Assembly (NCBI RefSeq): GCF_004353825.1 | Contig: NZ_SMNA01000002.1 | Location: forward strand, 124,001 to 188,000 | Length of the DNA: 64,000 nucleotides | Source: Occultella glacieicola | GTDB taxonomy: Bacteria > Actinomycetota > Actinomycetes > Actinomycetales > Beutenbergiaceae | Direction of reading: 5' to 3' | Part shown: positions 50,625-61,051 of the stretch, in pieces | Numbering within the stretch: position 1 is the stretch's first letter | How the letters are laid out: each line of letters opens with the position of its first letter | Notes under the pieces: generated by a model | What the model was told of the DNA's origin: nothing | What the model saw: only the letters and a program-made list of their open reading frames with translations | Database searches by the model: none | Made by a program: the position numbers and the translations under genes

Positions 50625-51503
50625 GTGGTTAGGCTGGCGGCCGTGGACATCGCTGCACCCGACGTGGTCTCGACCCTGACCGGCGCGCCCCTGACGATCC
50701 TGATCATCATCGTGGTGGCGAGCCTGGCGACCGTGATCGTGCGTTTCCTGGTCTCCCGGACGATCCGCGGTCTTGTGAACACCAAGTCGAAGGGGCTGCC
50801 CCTGGCTCCGGCGGCGCTCACGACACCGAACCCGCGACGCAAGCAGCGCCTCGAGACGCTGCGCACGGTGCTCAACTCGACGCTCACGGCGCTCATCGGG
50901 GCGGTCGCCGTCCTGATGATCCTGAGCACCCTCGGCGTCGATGTCGCCCCGCTGATCGCCTCGGCCGGTGTGGTCGGCATCGCGGTCGCCTTCGGGGCCC
51001 AGTCCCTGGTCAAGGACGTGATCACCGGCGGCTTCATGCTCATCGAGGACCAGTACGGCGTCGGCGACCGGGTGGAACTGGGCACCGGGGGCGGGATCCT
51101 CGCCGGCGGCGTGGTCGAGGAGGTGGGGCTGCGGGTGACCCTCATCCGCGACGACGACGGCCGCCGCTGGTACGTCCGCAACGGTGAGGTGCTGCGGGTC
51201 GCGAACGCCACCCAGGGCTGGTCCTACGCGGTGGTCGACCTGAAGGTCGCGCACACCTCGGACCTCGCCGCGGTGCGGACCACGCTCAGCGAACTCACCA
51301 CCCGCATGCGGGGCGAGGACCTGTACGCCGCGATCATCAGCCAACTCGAGCCCGAGTGCCTCGTCCAGGAGGTCACGGCCGACGCACTCTCACTCACCTG
51401 GCGCGTCCGGGTCGGCGCCGACCACGACCGGACGGTGGCCAGCGAACTGCGCCGCCGGATCGTCGGGGAGTTCGCCGAACGTGGGATCGACCTCGCGGCG
51501 TGA
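50625..51503 (+). CDS. Small-conductance mechanosensitive channel (MscS family)
   Basis: ASAGVVGIAVAFGAQSLVKD, EDQYGVGD, GVVEEVGLRVT, VRNGEV; start uncertain. Confidence 0.9.
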   Translation: MVRLAAVDIAAPDVVSTLTGAPLTILIIIVVASLATVIVRFLVSRTIRGLVNTKSKGLPLAPAALTTPNPRRKQRLETLRTVLNSTLTALIGAVAVLMILSTLGVDVAPLIASAGVVGIAVAFGAQSLVKDVITGGFMLIEDQYGVGDRVELGTGGGILAGGVVEEVGLRVTLIRDDDGRRWYVRNGEVLRVANATQGWSYAVVDLKVAHTSDLAAVRTTLSELTTRMRGEDLYAAIISQLEPECLVQEVTADALSLTWRVRVGADHDRTVASELRRRIVGEFAERGIDLAA

Positions 51504-51555
51504 TGGTCACCGGTTCTGTGCTGCCGGTGCTGCCTGCGCTGCCGGTGCTGGGATC

Positions 51556-51795
51556 TCAGCTGCCGGGGCGCAGCCCTTCGATGTCGGCGGCGAGGTCATC
51601 GGCCTCGGGTCCCACGACCACCTGCACGACGCGGCCGGAGCGGACCACACCGAACGCCCCGTGGGAACGCAGGTCCTCCTCGTTGACGAGCGCAGGGTCG
51701 TTCACCTCGACCCGCAGCCTCGTGATACACGGCTCCAGGTCGACCACATTCGCGTCGCCTCCCAGTGCGGCGAGGATCTCCTCAGCCTTGCTCAC
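51556..51795 (-). CDS. Stand-alone PTS EIIB component (glucose/GlcNAc family, NagF-like)
   Basis: SKAEEILAALGGDANVVDLEPCITRLRVEV...QVVVGP; RBS GGAG before the GTG. Confidence 0.9.
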   Translation of the reverse strand: MSKAEEILAALGGDANVVDLEPCITRLRVEVNDPALVNEEDLRSHGAFGVVRSGRVVQVVVGPEADDLAADIEGLRPGS

Positions 51796-51908
51796 TTCTA
51801 CTCCCAACAAGCGTCGTCCTGTGATAAATGACACTCTACAACCGGCGTCTGCCCGGCAGCGCGCTGGCCAGAATGGGACGATCCCCGTGCGACGGAAGGC
51901 GGACCACC

Positions 51909-53609
51909 GTGAGTAGCGCCGAGTCGGCTGATGTCACGAGCACCGGCACGATCCTCCAGGGCGTCGGGGTCTCGCCAGGCCGGGCGGCCGGCCCCACGGT
52001 GCACCTCGCCGCCGGGGTCGACGAGCCACCGCTGCGGCGCTCCCCCGCCGCTCCGGAGGAGTCGGTGGCCGCGCTGACCGCCGCTGCGGAGGCCGTCGCC
52101 GCCGAGTTGCGGACCCGTGCCGAGGGCGTGACCGGCACCGCCCGGGAGGTGTTGGAGACGACCGCCCAGATCGCCACCGACCCCACCCTGCTCAAGGACG
52201 CGCGCAAGCGCATCGAGTCCGAACGAGTCAGCCCCGAACGCGCATTGTGGGAGGCAGCGGCCGCCGTCGCCGTGCAGTTCGAGGAACTCGGCGGGTACTT
52301 CGCCGAGCGGGTCCGGGACGTCCACGACGTCCGGGACCGGATCGTCGCCAACCTCACCGGGGTACCCACGCCCGGCGTGCCGTCCCGGACCGAGCCGTTC
52401 GTGCTCGTGGCCCAGGACCTCGCACCCGCCGACACCGCCCAGCTCGACCCGGAGGTCGTCCTCGGCCTGATCACCGCGGAGGGCGGGCCGACCTCGCACA
52501 CCGCGATCCTGGCCCGGTCGCTCGGGATCCCCGCCGTGGTCGGCCTGGGTGACGCCACCCGCCGGCTCGTCGCCGAGGGCGTCGTGGTGGTCGACGGCGG
52601 TTCGGGCGTCGTGCTCCTGGCGCCGACTCCCGAGGAGGTCGCCCGGGCGAGCGAGCGTCACGAGGCCCGCACCTTCTCCGGGCGGGGCGCCACCACCGAC
52701 GGGCACCGCGTCGAGCTGCTCGCGAACGTCGGCGAGGTGGCGCAGGCCGAACCAGCCGCGGCGGCCGGGGCCGAGGGGGTCGGACTGTTCCGCACCGAGT
52801 TCTGCTTCCTGGACCGCGACACCGAGCCGAGCATCGAGGAGCAGGTCGAGGCCTACGGCACCGTGCTGGCCGCGTTCGGCGGCCGCAAGGTCGTGATCCG
52901 CACCCTCGACGCCGGGGCCGACAAGCCGATGCCGTTCCTGAACCCCACCGACGAGGCGAACCCGGCGCTGGGGGTCCGGGGTTTCCGCACGTCCTGGCGG
53001 AGCCCGCAGGTGCTGGAGAACCAACTCACGGCGATCGCGACCGCGGCCGCCGCCCACGACGCCCGGGTCTGGGTGATGGCCCCGATGGTCGCCCGGGTCA
53101 GCGAGGCCGAGCAGTTCGTCGCCGCCTGTGCCCGGCACGGTCTGGAGACCGCCGGCGTGATGGTCGAGGTGCCCAGCGCCGCCCTGCTGGCCGGCCCGAT
53201 CCTGGCGCGGGCCGCTTTCGCGTCCATCGGGACCAACGACCTCACCCAGTACACCCTGGCCGCGGACCGTCTCCTCGGCGCGCTGGCACCCCTCTCGACG
53301 CCGTGGGACCCCGCGGTGCTGTCCCTGATCAGGACCACCTGCGAGGGTGGGCAGGCCCAGTCGCGGCCGGTCGGGGTCTGCGGCGAGGCCGCGGCCGATC
53401 CCGCAATGGCCGCCGTGCTGGTCGGGCTGGGGGTCACCAGCCTGTCGATGACGCCGCGTGCCCTCGGAGATGTCGCCGCGCTGCTGGCCGCGACCTCCCT
53501 CGAACAGTGTCGCCGCGCGGCCACCCTCGCCCTGGGCACCGAGGACGCCGACGCCGCCCGGCTGACCGCCCGGGACGCCCTGCCGGCCCTGGCCGAACTC
53601 GGCCTGTGA
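51909..53609 (+). CDS. ptsI: Phosphoenolpyruvate-protein phosphotransferase (PTS Enzyme I)
   Basis: GVGVSPG, GGPTSHTAILAR, GVGLFRTEF, RTLDAGADK, NPALGVRG, SIGTNDLTQY, VCGE; start approximate. Confidence 0.95.
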   Translation: MSSAESADVTSTGTILQGVGVSPGRAAGPTVHLAAGVDEPPLRRSPAAPEESVAALTAAAEAVAAELRTRAEGVTGTAREVLETTAQIATDPTLLKDARKRIESERVSPERALWEAAAAVAVQFEELGGYFAERVRDVHDVRDRIVANLTGVPTPGVPSRTEPFVLVAQDLAPADTAQLDPEVVLGLITAEGGPTSHTAILARSLGIPAVVGLGDATRRLVAEGVVVVDGGSGVVLLAPTPEEVARASERHEARTFSGRGATTDGHRVELLANVGEVAQAEPAAAAGAEGVGLFRTEFCFLDRDTEPSIEEQVEAYGTVLAAFGGRKVVIRTLDAGADKPMPFLNPTDEANPALGVRGFRTSWRSPQVLENQLTAIATAAAAHDARVWVMAPMVARVSEAEQFVAACARHGLETAGVMVEVPSAALLAGPILARAAFASIGTNDLTQYTLAADRLLGALAPLSTPWDPAVLSLIRTTCEGGQAQSRPVGVCGEAAADPAMAAVLVGLGVTSLSMTPRALGDVAALLAATSLEQCRRAATLALGTEDADAARLTARDALPALAELGL

Positions 53610-53692
53610 GGCCTGCCGGCCACCGCCGTCGGGCACCGGCTTGAACCTGGCCCCGAGCAGGCGGGCACCGGGGTGAGCATTAGGCTGAGCGG

Positions 53693-54193
53693 GTGAGTTC
53701 CGTGCCCTCTGTGCCCTCCATGCCCGAACCTGCCTCTCCCCCGCCCGCCGAACGCCGCAGCCTCGGGCTGCGCAGCGCCGACGCGCCCCCGGCCCGGCGG
53801 CCCGACTCGTTCTACGAGGCGGTCGGCGGTGAGCCCACGTTCCGACGTATCGTGCACCGGTTCTACGAGCAGGTCGCGGGAGACGACATCATGTTCCCGA
53901 TGTACCCCGAGCCCGAGGACCTCGGACCGGCGGAGGACCGGCTGCGGATGTTCCTCGAGCAGTACTGGGGTGGCCCGACCACCTATTCGGACACTCGCGG
54001 GCACCCCCGGCTTCGGATGCGGCACGCGCCCTATCCGGTGACCCCGGCCGCCCGCGACCGGTGGCTCAAGCTCATGACCGTCGCGGTCAAGGAGGCCGGC
54101 CTCGCCCCGCTGCACGAGGCGACGCTGCTCGACTATCTCGAACGTGCGGCGTTCTCACTCGTGAACACCGCCGAGCCCGGGAGCCCACAGTGA
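53693..54193 (+). CDS. glbO: Group II truncated hemoglobin
   Basis: [30 protein letters not shown]; -10 TAGGCT 6 nt before the GTG. Confidence 0.92.
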   Translation: MSSVPSVPSMPEPASPPPAERRSLGLRSADAPPARRPDSFYEAVGGEPTFRRIVHRFYEQVAGDDIMFPMYPEPEDLGPAEDRLRMFLEQYWGGPTTYSDTRGHPRLRMRHAPYPVTPAARDRWLKLMTVAVKEAGLAPLHEATLLDYLERAAFSLVNTAEPGSPQ

Positions 54194-55077
54194 CCGAGGA
54201 TCCTGCCCAGGAGCCAGCCCGCCCGCTCGAGGCGGTGCTGTCCGCGCTGGAGCTGGACCCGGTCGACGAGGACACCTTCACGGGCCGATCGCTGCCCCAG
54301 ATCCACGGCCGGGTCTACGGCGGCCAAGTACTCGCCCAGGCACTGCTCGCCGCCGGGCGGACCGTGCCGCCGGACCGGCTCCCGCACTCTGTGCACGGCT
54401 ACTTCCTGCGCCCGGGCGACCTCGACGAGGCGATCACGTTCTCGATCGAGCGGATGCGGGACGGGCGCTCCTTCAGCGCCCGGCGCACCCACGCCATCCA
54501 GTTCGGCAAGCCGATCCTGTCCATGATCACCTCCTTCCAGGAACCTCAGCAGGGCCTCGACCACGCCGAGTCGATGCCGCAGGTCCCGGACCCCGAGAAC
54601 CTGGCCAGTTCCGTCGAGTTCTTCAACGCGCTCGACCACCCGATCGCGGCGTTCTTCTACCGCAACGGTGCGTTCGACATGCGACATGTCGACGGTGCGC
54701 TGTTCACGAAGCCGGCCGCCGAGCAGACCGACACCCAATACCTGTGGATGCGTGCGCGGGCCGAGGTGCCGGGCAGCCAGCTGCAGCAGCGCGCGATGCT
54801 CGCCTACGCATGCGACCAGGTGATGCTGGAGCCGATCATGCGCCGGCACGGTCTCAGCTGGCGGACCAAGGGTGCGAGCGTGGCCAGCCTCGATCACGCC
54901 ATGTGGTGGCATCGCGACGTCGACCTGGACGACTGGCTGCTCTACGCGCAGTCCTCGCCGTCCGCGAGCGGCGGTCGCGGCCTCGGTGTCGCGAAGGTCT
55001 TCGACCGCTCCGGCCTGCTGGTCGCCACCATCGCCCAGGAAGGCATGCTGCGGATCCCGCAGATCCCGAGCGACTGA
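54190..55077 (+). CDS. tesB: Acyl-CoA thioesterase II
   Basis: [47 protein letters not shown] overlap with glbO. Confidence 0.93.
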   Translation: MTEDPAQEPARPLEAVLSALELDPVDEDTFTGRSLPQIHGRVYGGQVLAQALLAAGRTVPPDRLPHSVHGYFLRPGDLDEAITFSIERMRDGRSFSARRTHAIQFGKPILSMITSFQEPQQGLDHAESMPQVPDPENLASSVEFFNALDHPIAAFFYRNGAFDMRHVDGALFTKPAAEQTDTQYLWMRARAEVPGSQLQQRAMLAYACDQVMLEPIMRRHGLSWRTKGASVASLDHAMWWHRDVDLDDWLLYAQSSPSASGGRGLGVAKVFDRSGLLVATIAQEGMLRIPQIPSD

Positions 55078-55150
55078 CGGCGCCCGATCGTCTCGGGCTG
55101 CGAGGCCACGATCACCCGGCACGACCTGCTCGACCGAGGCGCCGCCGCGC

Positions 55151-56194
55151 TCAGGTGCTGTCGCGAACCTCGATCGTGTGAGGCACGAGCACCTGTCTCA
55201 CCGGTGCCTCAGGATCGGCGATTCTCCGTATCAGCAGGTCGAGCGCCGAGGTGGTGATCGCCGCCTTGTCCGGGGTCACGGTGGTCAGCGGTGGAGCGGC
55301 GTAGCGACCCTCGTCGATGTCGTCAGTGCCGATGACGGCCACGTCGTCCGGGATCCGCAGACCTCGGGACCGCAGCGTGTGCATCGCGCCGATGGCGAGC
55401 AGGTCGGTGTAGCAGTAGACGGCATCGAGCTCGACACCGCGGTCGAGCAGCTCGGCCATCGCCTCGGCACCATCGCTGTGGTGATAGGTGGCCGTGCGGA
55501 CCGTGAGCCGCGCGTCGTAGGGGATGCCTGCTCTCCGTAGCGCTCGACGGTAGCCACGGGTGCGCTGCGGGCCGGTGCCACCGGTGCCGCGCTGGTCTCC
55601 GATCGCGGCGATGCGGCGGCGTCCGCGCGCGATCAGGTGTGCCGTTGCATCCGCGGCCGCAGCGACGTTGTCTGTCCCGACGTAGTCGACGTCGGCGCCC
55701 AGGATCCGCTCTCCGAGCAGCACGATCGGTGTGCTGCCCCGGCGCCGTTCGAAGGTCTCGCGTGTGATCCCGAGCGGGCTGAAGATGATGCCATCCACCA
55801 TGCCGCGGTCCAGTCCGTGCATGACAGCGTGCTCGGACTCGGTGCGTCCCTCCGTCTGCTCGACCAGCACCCGGTAGCCGCGGTCACGCGCTGCCCGTAC
55901 AAGATCGTGCACGAGCTCGGCGAAGTAGGGCACACGCACCTCCGGAAGCGCCAGGGCGATGATTCCCGACCGCTGCAGGCGCAGGTTGCGGGCCGAGTGG
56001 TTGGGGCGGTAGTCGAGCTCCTCGATTGCCCACCGGACCCGCTCCCTCGTCGTCGCGCTCACGGGCCGGTTCCCTGAGAGCACGTTCGAAACTGTGGTCG
56101 GCGACACGCGGGCCAGGTTCGCGACTTCTCGCACGCCGATCTGCGACGGCCTCGACGATCTCACCGAGTCATCCTTCCACCGATGGTGGGACAT
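55151..56194 (-). CDS. LacI family transcriptional regulator
   Basis: VREVANLARVSPTTVSNVL, LDYRPNHSARNLR, IPDDVAVIG, PPLTTV; start at 56194 or 56165. Confidence 0.93.
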   Translation of the reverse strand: MSHHRWKDDSVRSSRPSQIGVREVANLARVSPTTVSNVLSGNRPVSATTRERVRWAIEELDYRPNHSARNLRLQRSGIIALALPEVRVPYFAELVHDLVRAARDRGYRVLVEQTEGRTESEHAVMHGLDRGMVDGIIFSPLGITRETFERRRGSTPIVLLGERILGADVDYVGTDNVAAAADATAHLIARGRRRIAAIGDQRGTGGTGPQRTRGYRRALRRAGIPYDARLTVRTATYHHSDGAEAMAELLDRGVELDAVYCYTDLLAIGAMHTLRSRGLRIPDDVAVIGTDDIDEGRYAAPPLTTVTPDKAAITTSALDLLIRRIADPEAPVRQVLVPHTIEVRDST

Positions 56195-56200
56195 CGGATG

Positions 56201-56214
56201 CGTAACGTTGTACG
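56201..56214. promoter_or_regulatory. Candidate LacI-type operator CGTAACGTTGTACG
   Basis: Imperfect dyad with a central AACGTT, between divergent lacI and GH2. Confidence 0.4.
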
Positions 56215-56336
56215 AAGTCTGACCGAGAGGGCCCATTTTTGCTGGTACGGCAACGATTTGGCCCGGTCTGATGCCATGTGCAACGACAAAATCAAGGGCT
56301 TGTGATTTATCTCGCGCGTTGCTAGCGTCGACGCCC

Positions 56337-59300
56337 ATGCACACGCATTCCGCCAACAGACGCCGGAACTCGAAACTCATCGCTGCATTGACCGCAGTCA
56401 CGGTCACTCTGAGCCTCGCTCTGACCATCACCCCCAGTGCGGCCATCCCGCCGCCGGATCCGATGCCCGATCCGGAAGGTGGCACAACGAGCACCGTGAC
56501 CGGCATCGTCCTCGACGCCGAGGATGGCAGTGGGCTGGCCGGGGCGACCGTGCATGCCTCTCGCACCGGCATCTCGACGTTGACCGCTGCGGACGGCTCG
56601 TTCGAGCTGTCGGAAGTGCCCGAGAGCAGCGCTCTGATCGTCGCGGGCATGGAGGGATACGCCTTCAGCTCGACCGCGGTCGAGGACGAGATCGTGCTAG
56701 AGCTGAGTGCCGACACCGACCCCGCCCGCGGTGAGTACCCGCGACCGGATGCGGACCGCCGTCCCTTTACCGACGACCGCTGGCTCACCCTCGACGGCAC
56801 CTGGTCCTTCGACTTCGACCCGGAGGACGTGGGTGTGCAGGAAGGTTGGTTCGACCCCGAGCACCGGCTCCGTCACGCGATCCGGGTGCCGTTCGGCTAC
56901 CAGTCCCTCGCCGCCTGGGGCGAGGAGAGCCTGGCCACCAACGAGATCTTCCGCAGCCATCACAACAACTATCGCGGCACGGTCTGGTACCAGCGCTCCT
57001 TCACGGTCCCGGAGGACTTCGGCGCCGACCGCACACGACTACGCATCGGAGCGGCCGACTGGGGTGCCGGGGTCTGGCTGGACGGCGAGGAGGTCCTGCC
57101 CTACACGGGCGACGGCAACACCGAGGTCTCCGTCGACCTCGGACGGCTCGAGGCCGGATCCACGCACACGGTGGCGATCCGCGTCGTCGCTCCGCCGACC
57201 ACGCCCGACAGCCCGTTCCCCCAAGGCAAGCAAACCGGTCAACCTCGGGATGACGGGGAGACGGGGTGGTTCACCGACATCGGCGGGATCTGGCAGAGCG
57301 TCTGGATCGAGCCCTACGGGGATGCCCGCCTGACCCAGACGCACGTCACACCCGAGCTCACCTTCGAGGGTGACTCGCGTACGCCGTCGGAAGCCTTCGT
57401 GACGATCGACGTGGCCGCGGAAGACGTCCGCGGACGCCCACACGTGCTGGTGACGATCACCGACCCGGACGGCGAGGTGGTGCACACCCGGGTCAGGGTC
57501 CAGCTCGAGGACGGGCATGGGAGCGTCCGGGTGCCGATCGAGAATCCGCACCTGTGGGAGCCCGACGATCCTGCGCTCTACACCGCGGACTTCCGGTTGC
57601 TGGACCAGGACGGGGTTCGCACCTTCTTCGGGATGCGCAGCATCGAACGGGACTGGGCGCCCGGTCAGGAGGGCGAGTATCAATACATCCACTTGAACAA
57701 TCGCCCGATCTACGTTCGCGGCGTCCTGGACCAGGGGTACAACCCGTGGGGCGTCTACACCTACACCGGCGTGACGGCCGGTCCGGACCTGCAGACCGGC
57801 ACCGAGGCGGAGCCCGGACGCGGGTCGATCCGCTACGACCTGCTGGCAGCCAAGGAGCAGGGCTACAACGTCATCCGGACGCACCTGAAGGTCAACGAGC
57901 CGACCTACTACCACCTGGCGGACCAACTCGGCCTGATGGTCTGGCAGGACCTGCCGAACGCGGGTTGGCTGTCGGCCGGCGACCCCGAGGCCGAGGTGTT
58001 GTTCGAGGAGATGCTCACCAACACCATCGAGCGCGACTACAACCACCCCTCGATCGTGATCTGGACGATGTTCAACGAGGCGTGGGGAATCAGCGACGAC
58101 CCGTGGAACCAGGCGATCCCGGAGGACTCGTGGGACTACGTGGCCTCGATGGTGGAGCGCACACGTGAACTCGACCCATCACGCCTGGTGGTCGACAACT
58201 CCGCCTGCTGCCAGAACGGGCACGTCGCGGACACCGACCTCAACGACTTCCACTTCTACCTCAACACCTACGAGCAGTGGAAGAACCTGCTCGATCGGTT
58301 CGGCGCCCAGGTGTACCCGGGCTCGACGTGGAACTTCAACAACGGTGCTCAGAGCGGGCAGCCGTGGCTGAACTCCGAGTTCACGCTCGGGCTTGGCAGG
58401 TTCCAGCACATCATGAGCACGTTCCGCAGTTACGAACGTCTCAACGGCTACGTCGCTGTCCAGCTGACGGATCAGGAGCACGAGGAGAACACTCCGCTGA
58501 CGTTCGACCGGCAGCCCAACGTGCCGCCGTATCTCGACCACGACGGCAACTCGCGCGGCGTCGGGATGCTGCAGGCGGACGACGCGATCGCGATCGTAGG
58601 AGAGTCCACGCGAACCGTTGAGGCAGGCGGGACGATCTCCGCTCCGATCATGATCTCGCACTTCAGTGACTACGACCTGCAGGGCGCCACGCTGAACTGG
58701 CGCATCGGAGGTCACGACTCCGGCGGCCATTGGGTCGGCAACGCGGCACAGGGAGCCCAGCAGATCTCGCCCGGGCGGTACACGGTCACCGACGTCGGCA
58801 CCATCGAGGTGCCGGCCCCGGACGAACTGCGCAGTGGCTACCTGTGGTTCTGGATCGAGATCGACGGTGAGACGATCGCTGAGAATTACCTGACCTACGA
58901 CGTCCCGAACGGGGAGCCAGGCGTGTTCCCGGTGCTGGCTCCCACTGACTATGCCTGGTCGGGCGGGACCGAGGTGTCGGACGCGGACGGCTCCGACTCG
59001 GTCACCGGCTACGGTCGCGGTCACTTCGAGTACGAGATGTCGCTGCCTGAGGGCATCGATGAGCACGAGCGGGCCACCCTCGTCCTCGAGGTGGCAGCGG
59101 CGCAGCCGGACGGCTGGTACGACACCGTTCACGCCAGCGCCGCGCGTCGCTACCCCACCCACCTGAGCGTCGAGGTGAACGGCACGGAGCGTGCCGTGGA
59201 GGTGCTTCCGGACGATCCGTACTCGCCGCTCGCCCTCGCCGGCAGGAGCCGGGACTCCGTGGGTGACCACGGCGCCAACTACGGCTACCGGATCGCTGTG

Positions 59301-60965
59301 CCGATCGACGTCGGAGAGCTGGACGCTGACACCGCGACGGTGCGCCTGACCTCCAGCGGTGGCGGGTTGTCGTTGTTCGGCGCGCGGTCCGGCTTCTACG
59401 GCGACCCGCCGCGGCTCGAGCCCGGCGACGTCGAGATCCCGGACACGCGGCCCGAGTCCAGCGCGGTCGACGACCGGCTGTCGGTCTATCAGGTCGGCGC
59501 CGAGATCTCGGGCGCGGACGGCACCGGCCGGGTCATCGTCGCTGTCGTCAACGACACGGCGGACACCGTCGCCGACGCTCAGGTCCGGCTGTCGCCGCCG
59601 CGGGGTTGGACCACGGCGGCCGTGGACGCCACGACGCTCACGCTCGAGCCCGGCGAGGGAGGACATGTCGCCTTCGACGTGGCAACCGATCAACCGGTGG
59701 ATCTGCACACCGAGGCCGACTTCACCGCGACCGTGACCTGGGGGGACCGCGCGATCCAGGCGATCGCCACCTCCCGGGTGCCGTTCGAGCCGGAGGCCTA
59801 TCCCGCCGTCGGCGTCGATGATGCCTTCGCGACCGACACCAGTGCGGAGTACGAGCTGGTGCAGCCCAACGCTCAGGAGGCGTTGCCCGAGATCACCATC
59901 GGTGACGGTGCGCTCATCGGCGGCGGCAGCGACCGGTACTTCGGGTTCGTGACGCACGAGAGCGGTCCTGCCTCTGCCCAGGCCGTCGTGATCGTGGATC
60001 ACGGGCGCTGGGCGGGGAACACCACCGGCCAGAACGCGATGTTTGCCGGCTACGTCAAGGATGCGGACAACTACATCGTCGCGTGGACCTCGACGAGGGG
60101 TCAGGTCGGCCTCGACTTCCGGCTGGACGGCCAGTTCTCGAACTCGTGCTGCACCAACAACCTGACCCCGCTGGGGCAGGGCGATCGGTGGGCCGTGGTG
60201 CTCGCGGGCGACGAGGTGCAGGTCTGGTTCGACTACGGGCTCGGGTGGACCAGGGTGCGCACGGCCGCGCTGCCCGAGGCCGCCGGTCTCACCGCACCGG
60301 GCGCGCTGGACGGCTGGCGCTACGCGGCCGGCATGCGCGGCGTGGGTGACCGGCACGTGATCGCCGGCATCGAGGGCCGCAGCGTCGACCCCGATGGCGC
60401 GACGGACATCACCAGGCCGGAGGTGGAACTGATCTCACCGGGCTCCGCCCTGCCGGTACCGCAGATCGACCTCCAGGTCGACGCGACCGACGACGTCGGG
60501 TTGGATCGCATCGTCGCCAACGTCTACCAGGGCGACGAGCTCGTCGAGAGCACGCAGTCGCGGATGGACGGCGATCCCAGCGGCAGCCACGCCGCGACGG
60601 TCACCGTTGCGGACGGTCGCTACACGATCCGGTACAACGCTCACGATCTCGCCGGCAATGTGTCCTCGACCGGCAACAGCGACATCGTGGTCGACGCCAC
60701 GGCGCCGACCACCACGGTCAAGGCTGGGCCAGAGTTCACCACCGGTGCCGAAGGCGTCTACACGCAGGTGAGCTTCACGTTGTTCGACGCCGGCCAGATC
60801 GATCGTGTCGTCGTCAACGACCACGTGGTCGATCTGGTCAACGACACCTGGTCCGATGTCAACGGGATCCGGCCCGGTGAGGTGGGCGGCGTGCTCGGCG
60901 AGAACACGCTCGTGGTCTACGACGTCGCCGGCAACGCCGAGACGGTGACGTTCACGCTGGAGTAG
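56337..60965 (+). CDS. Large secreted multidomain glycoside hydrolase family 2
   Basis: Signal peptide; carboxypeptidase-regulatory-like domain; LDGTWSF, PQGKQ, GGIWQSVW, RGVLDQG, ADQLGLMVWQD, RDYNHPSIVIWTMFNE, NSEF; C-terminal Ig-like domains. Confidence 0.88.
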   Translation: MHTHSANRRRNSKLIAALTAVTVTLSLALTITPSAAIPPPDPMPDPEGGTTSTVTGIVLDAEDGSGLAGATVHASRTGISTLTAADGSFELSEVPESSALIVAGMEGYAFSSTAVEDEIVLELSADTDPARGEYPRPDADRRPFTDDRWLTLDGTWSFDFDPEDVGVQEGWFDPEHRLRHAIRVPFGYQSLAAWGEESLATNEIFRSHHNNYRGTVWYQRSFTVPEDFGADRTRLRIGAADWGAGVWLDGEEVLPYTGDGNTEVSVDLGRLEAGSTHTVAIRVVAPPTTPDSPFPQGKQTGQPRDDGETGWFTDIGGIWQSVWIEPYGDARLTQTHVTPELTFEGDSRTPSEAFVTIDVAAEDVRGRPHVLVTITDPDGEVVHTRVRVQLEDGHGSVRVPIENPHLWEPDDPALYTADFRLLDQDGVRTFFGMRSIERDWAPGQEGEYQYIHLNNRPIYVRGVLDQGYNPWGVYTYTGVTAGPDLQTGTEAEPGRGSIRYDLLAAKEQGYNVIRTHLKVNEPTYYHLADQLGLMVWQDLPNAGWLSAGDPEAEVLFEEMLTNTIERDYNHPSIVIWTMFNEAWGISDDPWNQAIPEDSWDYVASMVERTRELDPSRLVVDNSACCQNGHVADTDLNDFHFYLNTYEQWKNLLDRFGAQVYPGSTWNFNNGAQSGQPWLNSEFTLGLGRFQHIMSTFRSYERLNGYVAVQLTDQEHEENTPLTFDRQPNVPPYLDHDGNSRGVGMLQADDAIAIVGESTRTVEAGGTISAPIMISHFSDYDLQGATLNWRIGGHDSGGHWVGNAAQGAQQISPGRYTVTDVGTIEVPAPDELRSGYLWFWIEIDGETIAENYLTYDVPNGEPGVFPVLAPTDYAWSGGTEVSDADGSDSVTGYGRGHFEYEMSLPEGIDEHERATLVLEVAAAQPDGWYDTVHASAARRYPTHLSVEVNGTERAVEVLPDDPYSPLALAGRSRDSVGDHGANYGYRIAVPIDVGELDADTATVRLTSSGGGLSLFGARSGFYGDPPRLEPGDVEIPDTRPESSAVDDRLSVYQVGAEISGADGTGRVIVAVVNDTADTVADAQVRLSPPRGWTTAAVDATTLTLEPGEGGHVAFDVATDQPVDLHTEADFTATVTWGDRAIQAIATSRVPFEPEAYPAVGVDDAFATDTSAEYELVQPNAQEALPEITIGDGALIGGGSDRYFGFVTHESGPASAQAVVIVDHGRWAGNTTGQNAMFAGYVKDADNYIVAWTSTRGQVGLDFRLDGQFSNSCCTNNLTPLGQGDRWAVVLAGDEVQVWFDYGLGWTRVRTAALPEAAGLTAPGALDGWRYAAGMRGVGDRHVIAGIEGRSVDPDGATDITRPEVELISPGSALPVPQIDLQVDATDDVGLDRIVANVYQGDELVESTQSRMDGDPSGSHAATVTVADGRYTIRYNAHDLAGNVSSTGNSDIVVDATAPTTTVKAGPEFTTGAEGVYTQVSFTLFDAGQIDRVVVNDHVVDLVNDTWSDVNGIRPGEVGGVLGENTLVVYDVAGNAETVTFTLE

Positions 60966-61014
60966 CTCGACGGCTGACCACGCTCGCGGCGCCGGAGGCC
61001 GACGGCGCCCGCAC

Positions 61015-61042
61015 CCGGCCCGGCTCCCAGGAGCCGGGCCGG
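61015..61042. terminator. Hairpin between convergent GH2 and GHL10 genes
   Basis: CCGGCCCGGCTCC-CA-GGAGCCGGGCCGG. Confidence 0.6.
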
Positions 61043-61051
61043 CGAGCAGGA

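Noticed and set aside
46768..51513. Identical TGATGGTCACCGG at the stop codons of phzF and mscS
   Set aside because: Only two copies, one lies within the SDR coding sequence, and there is no structure; probably chance.
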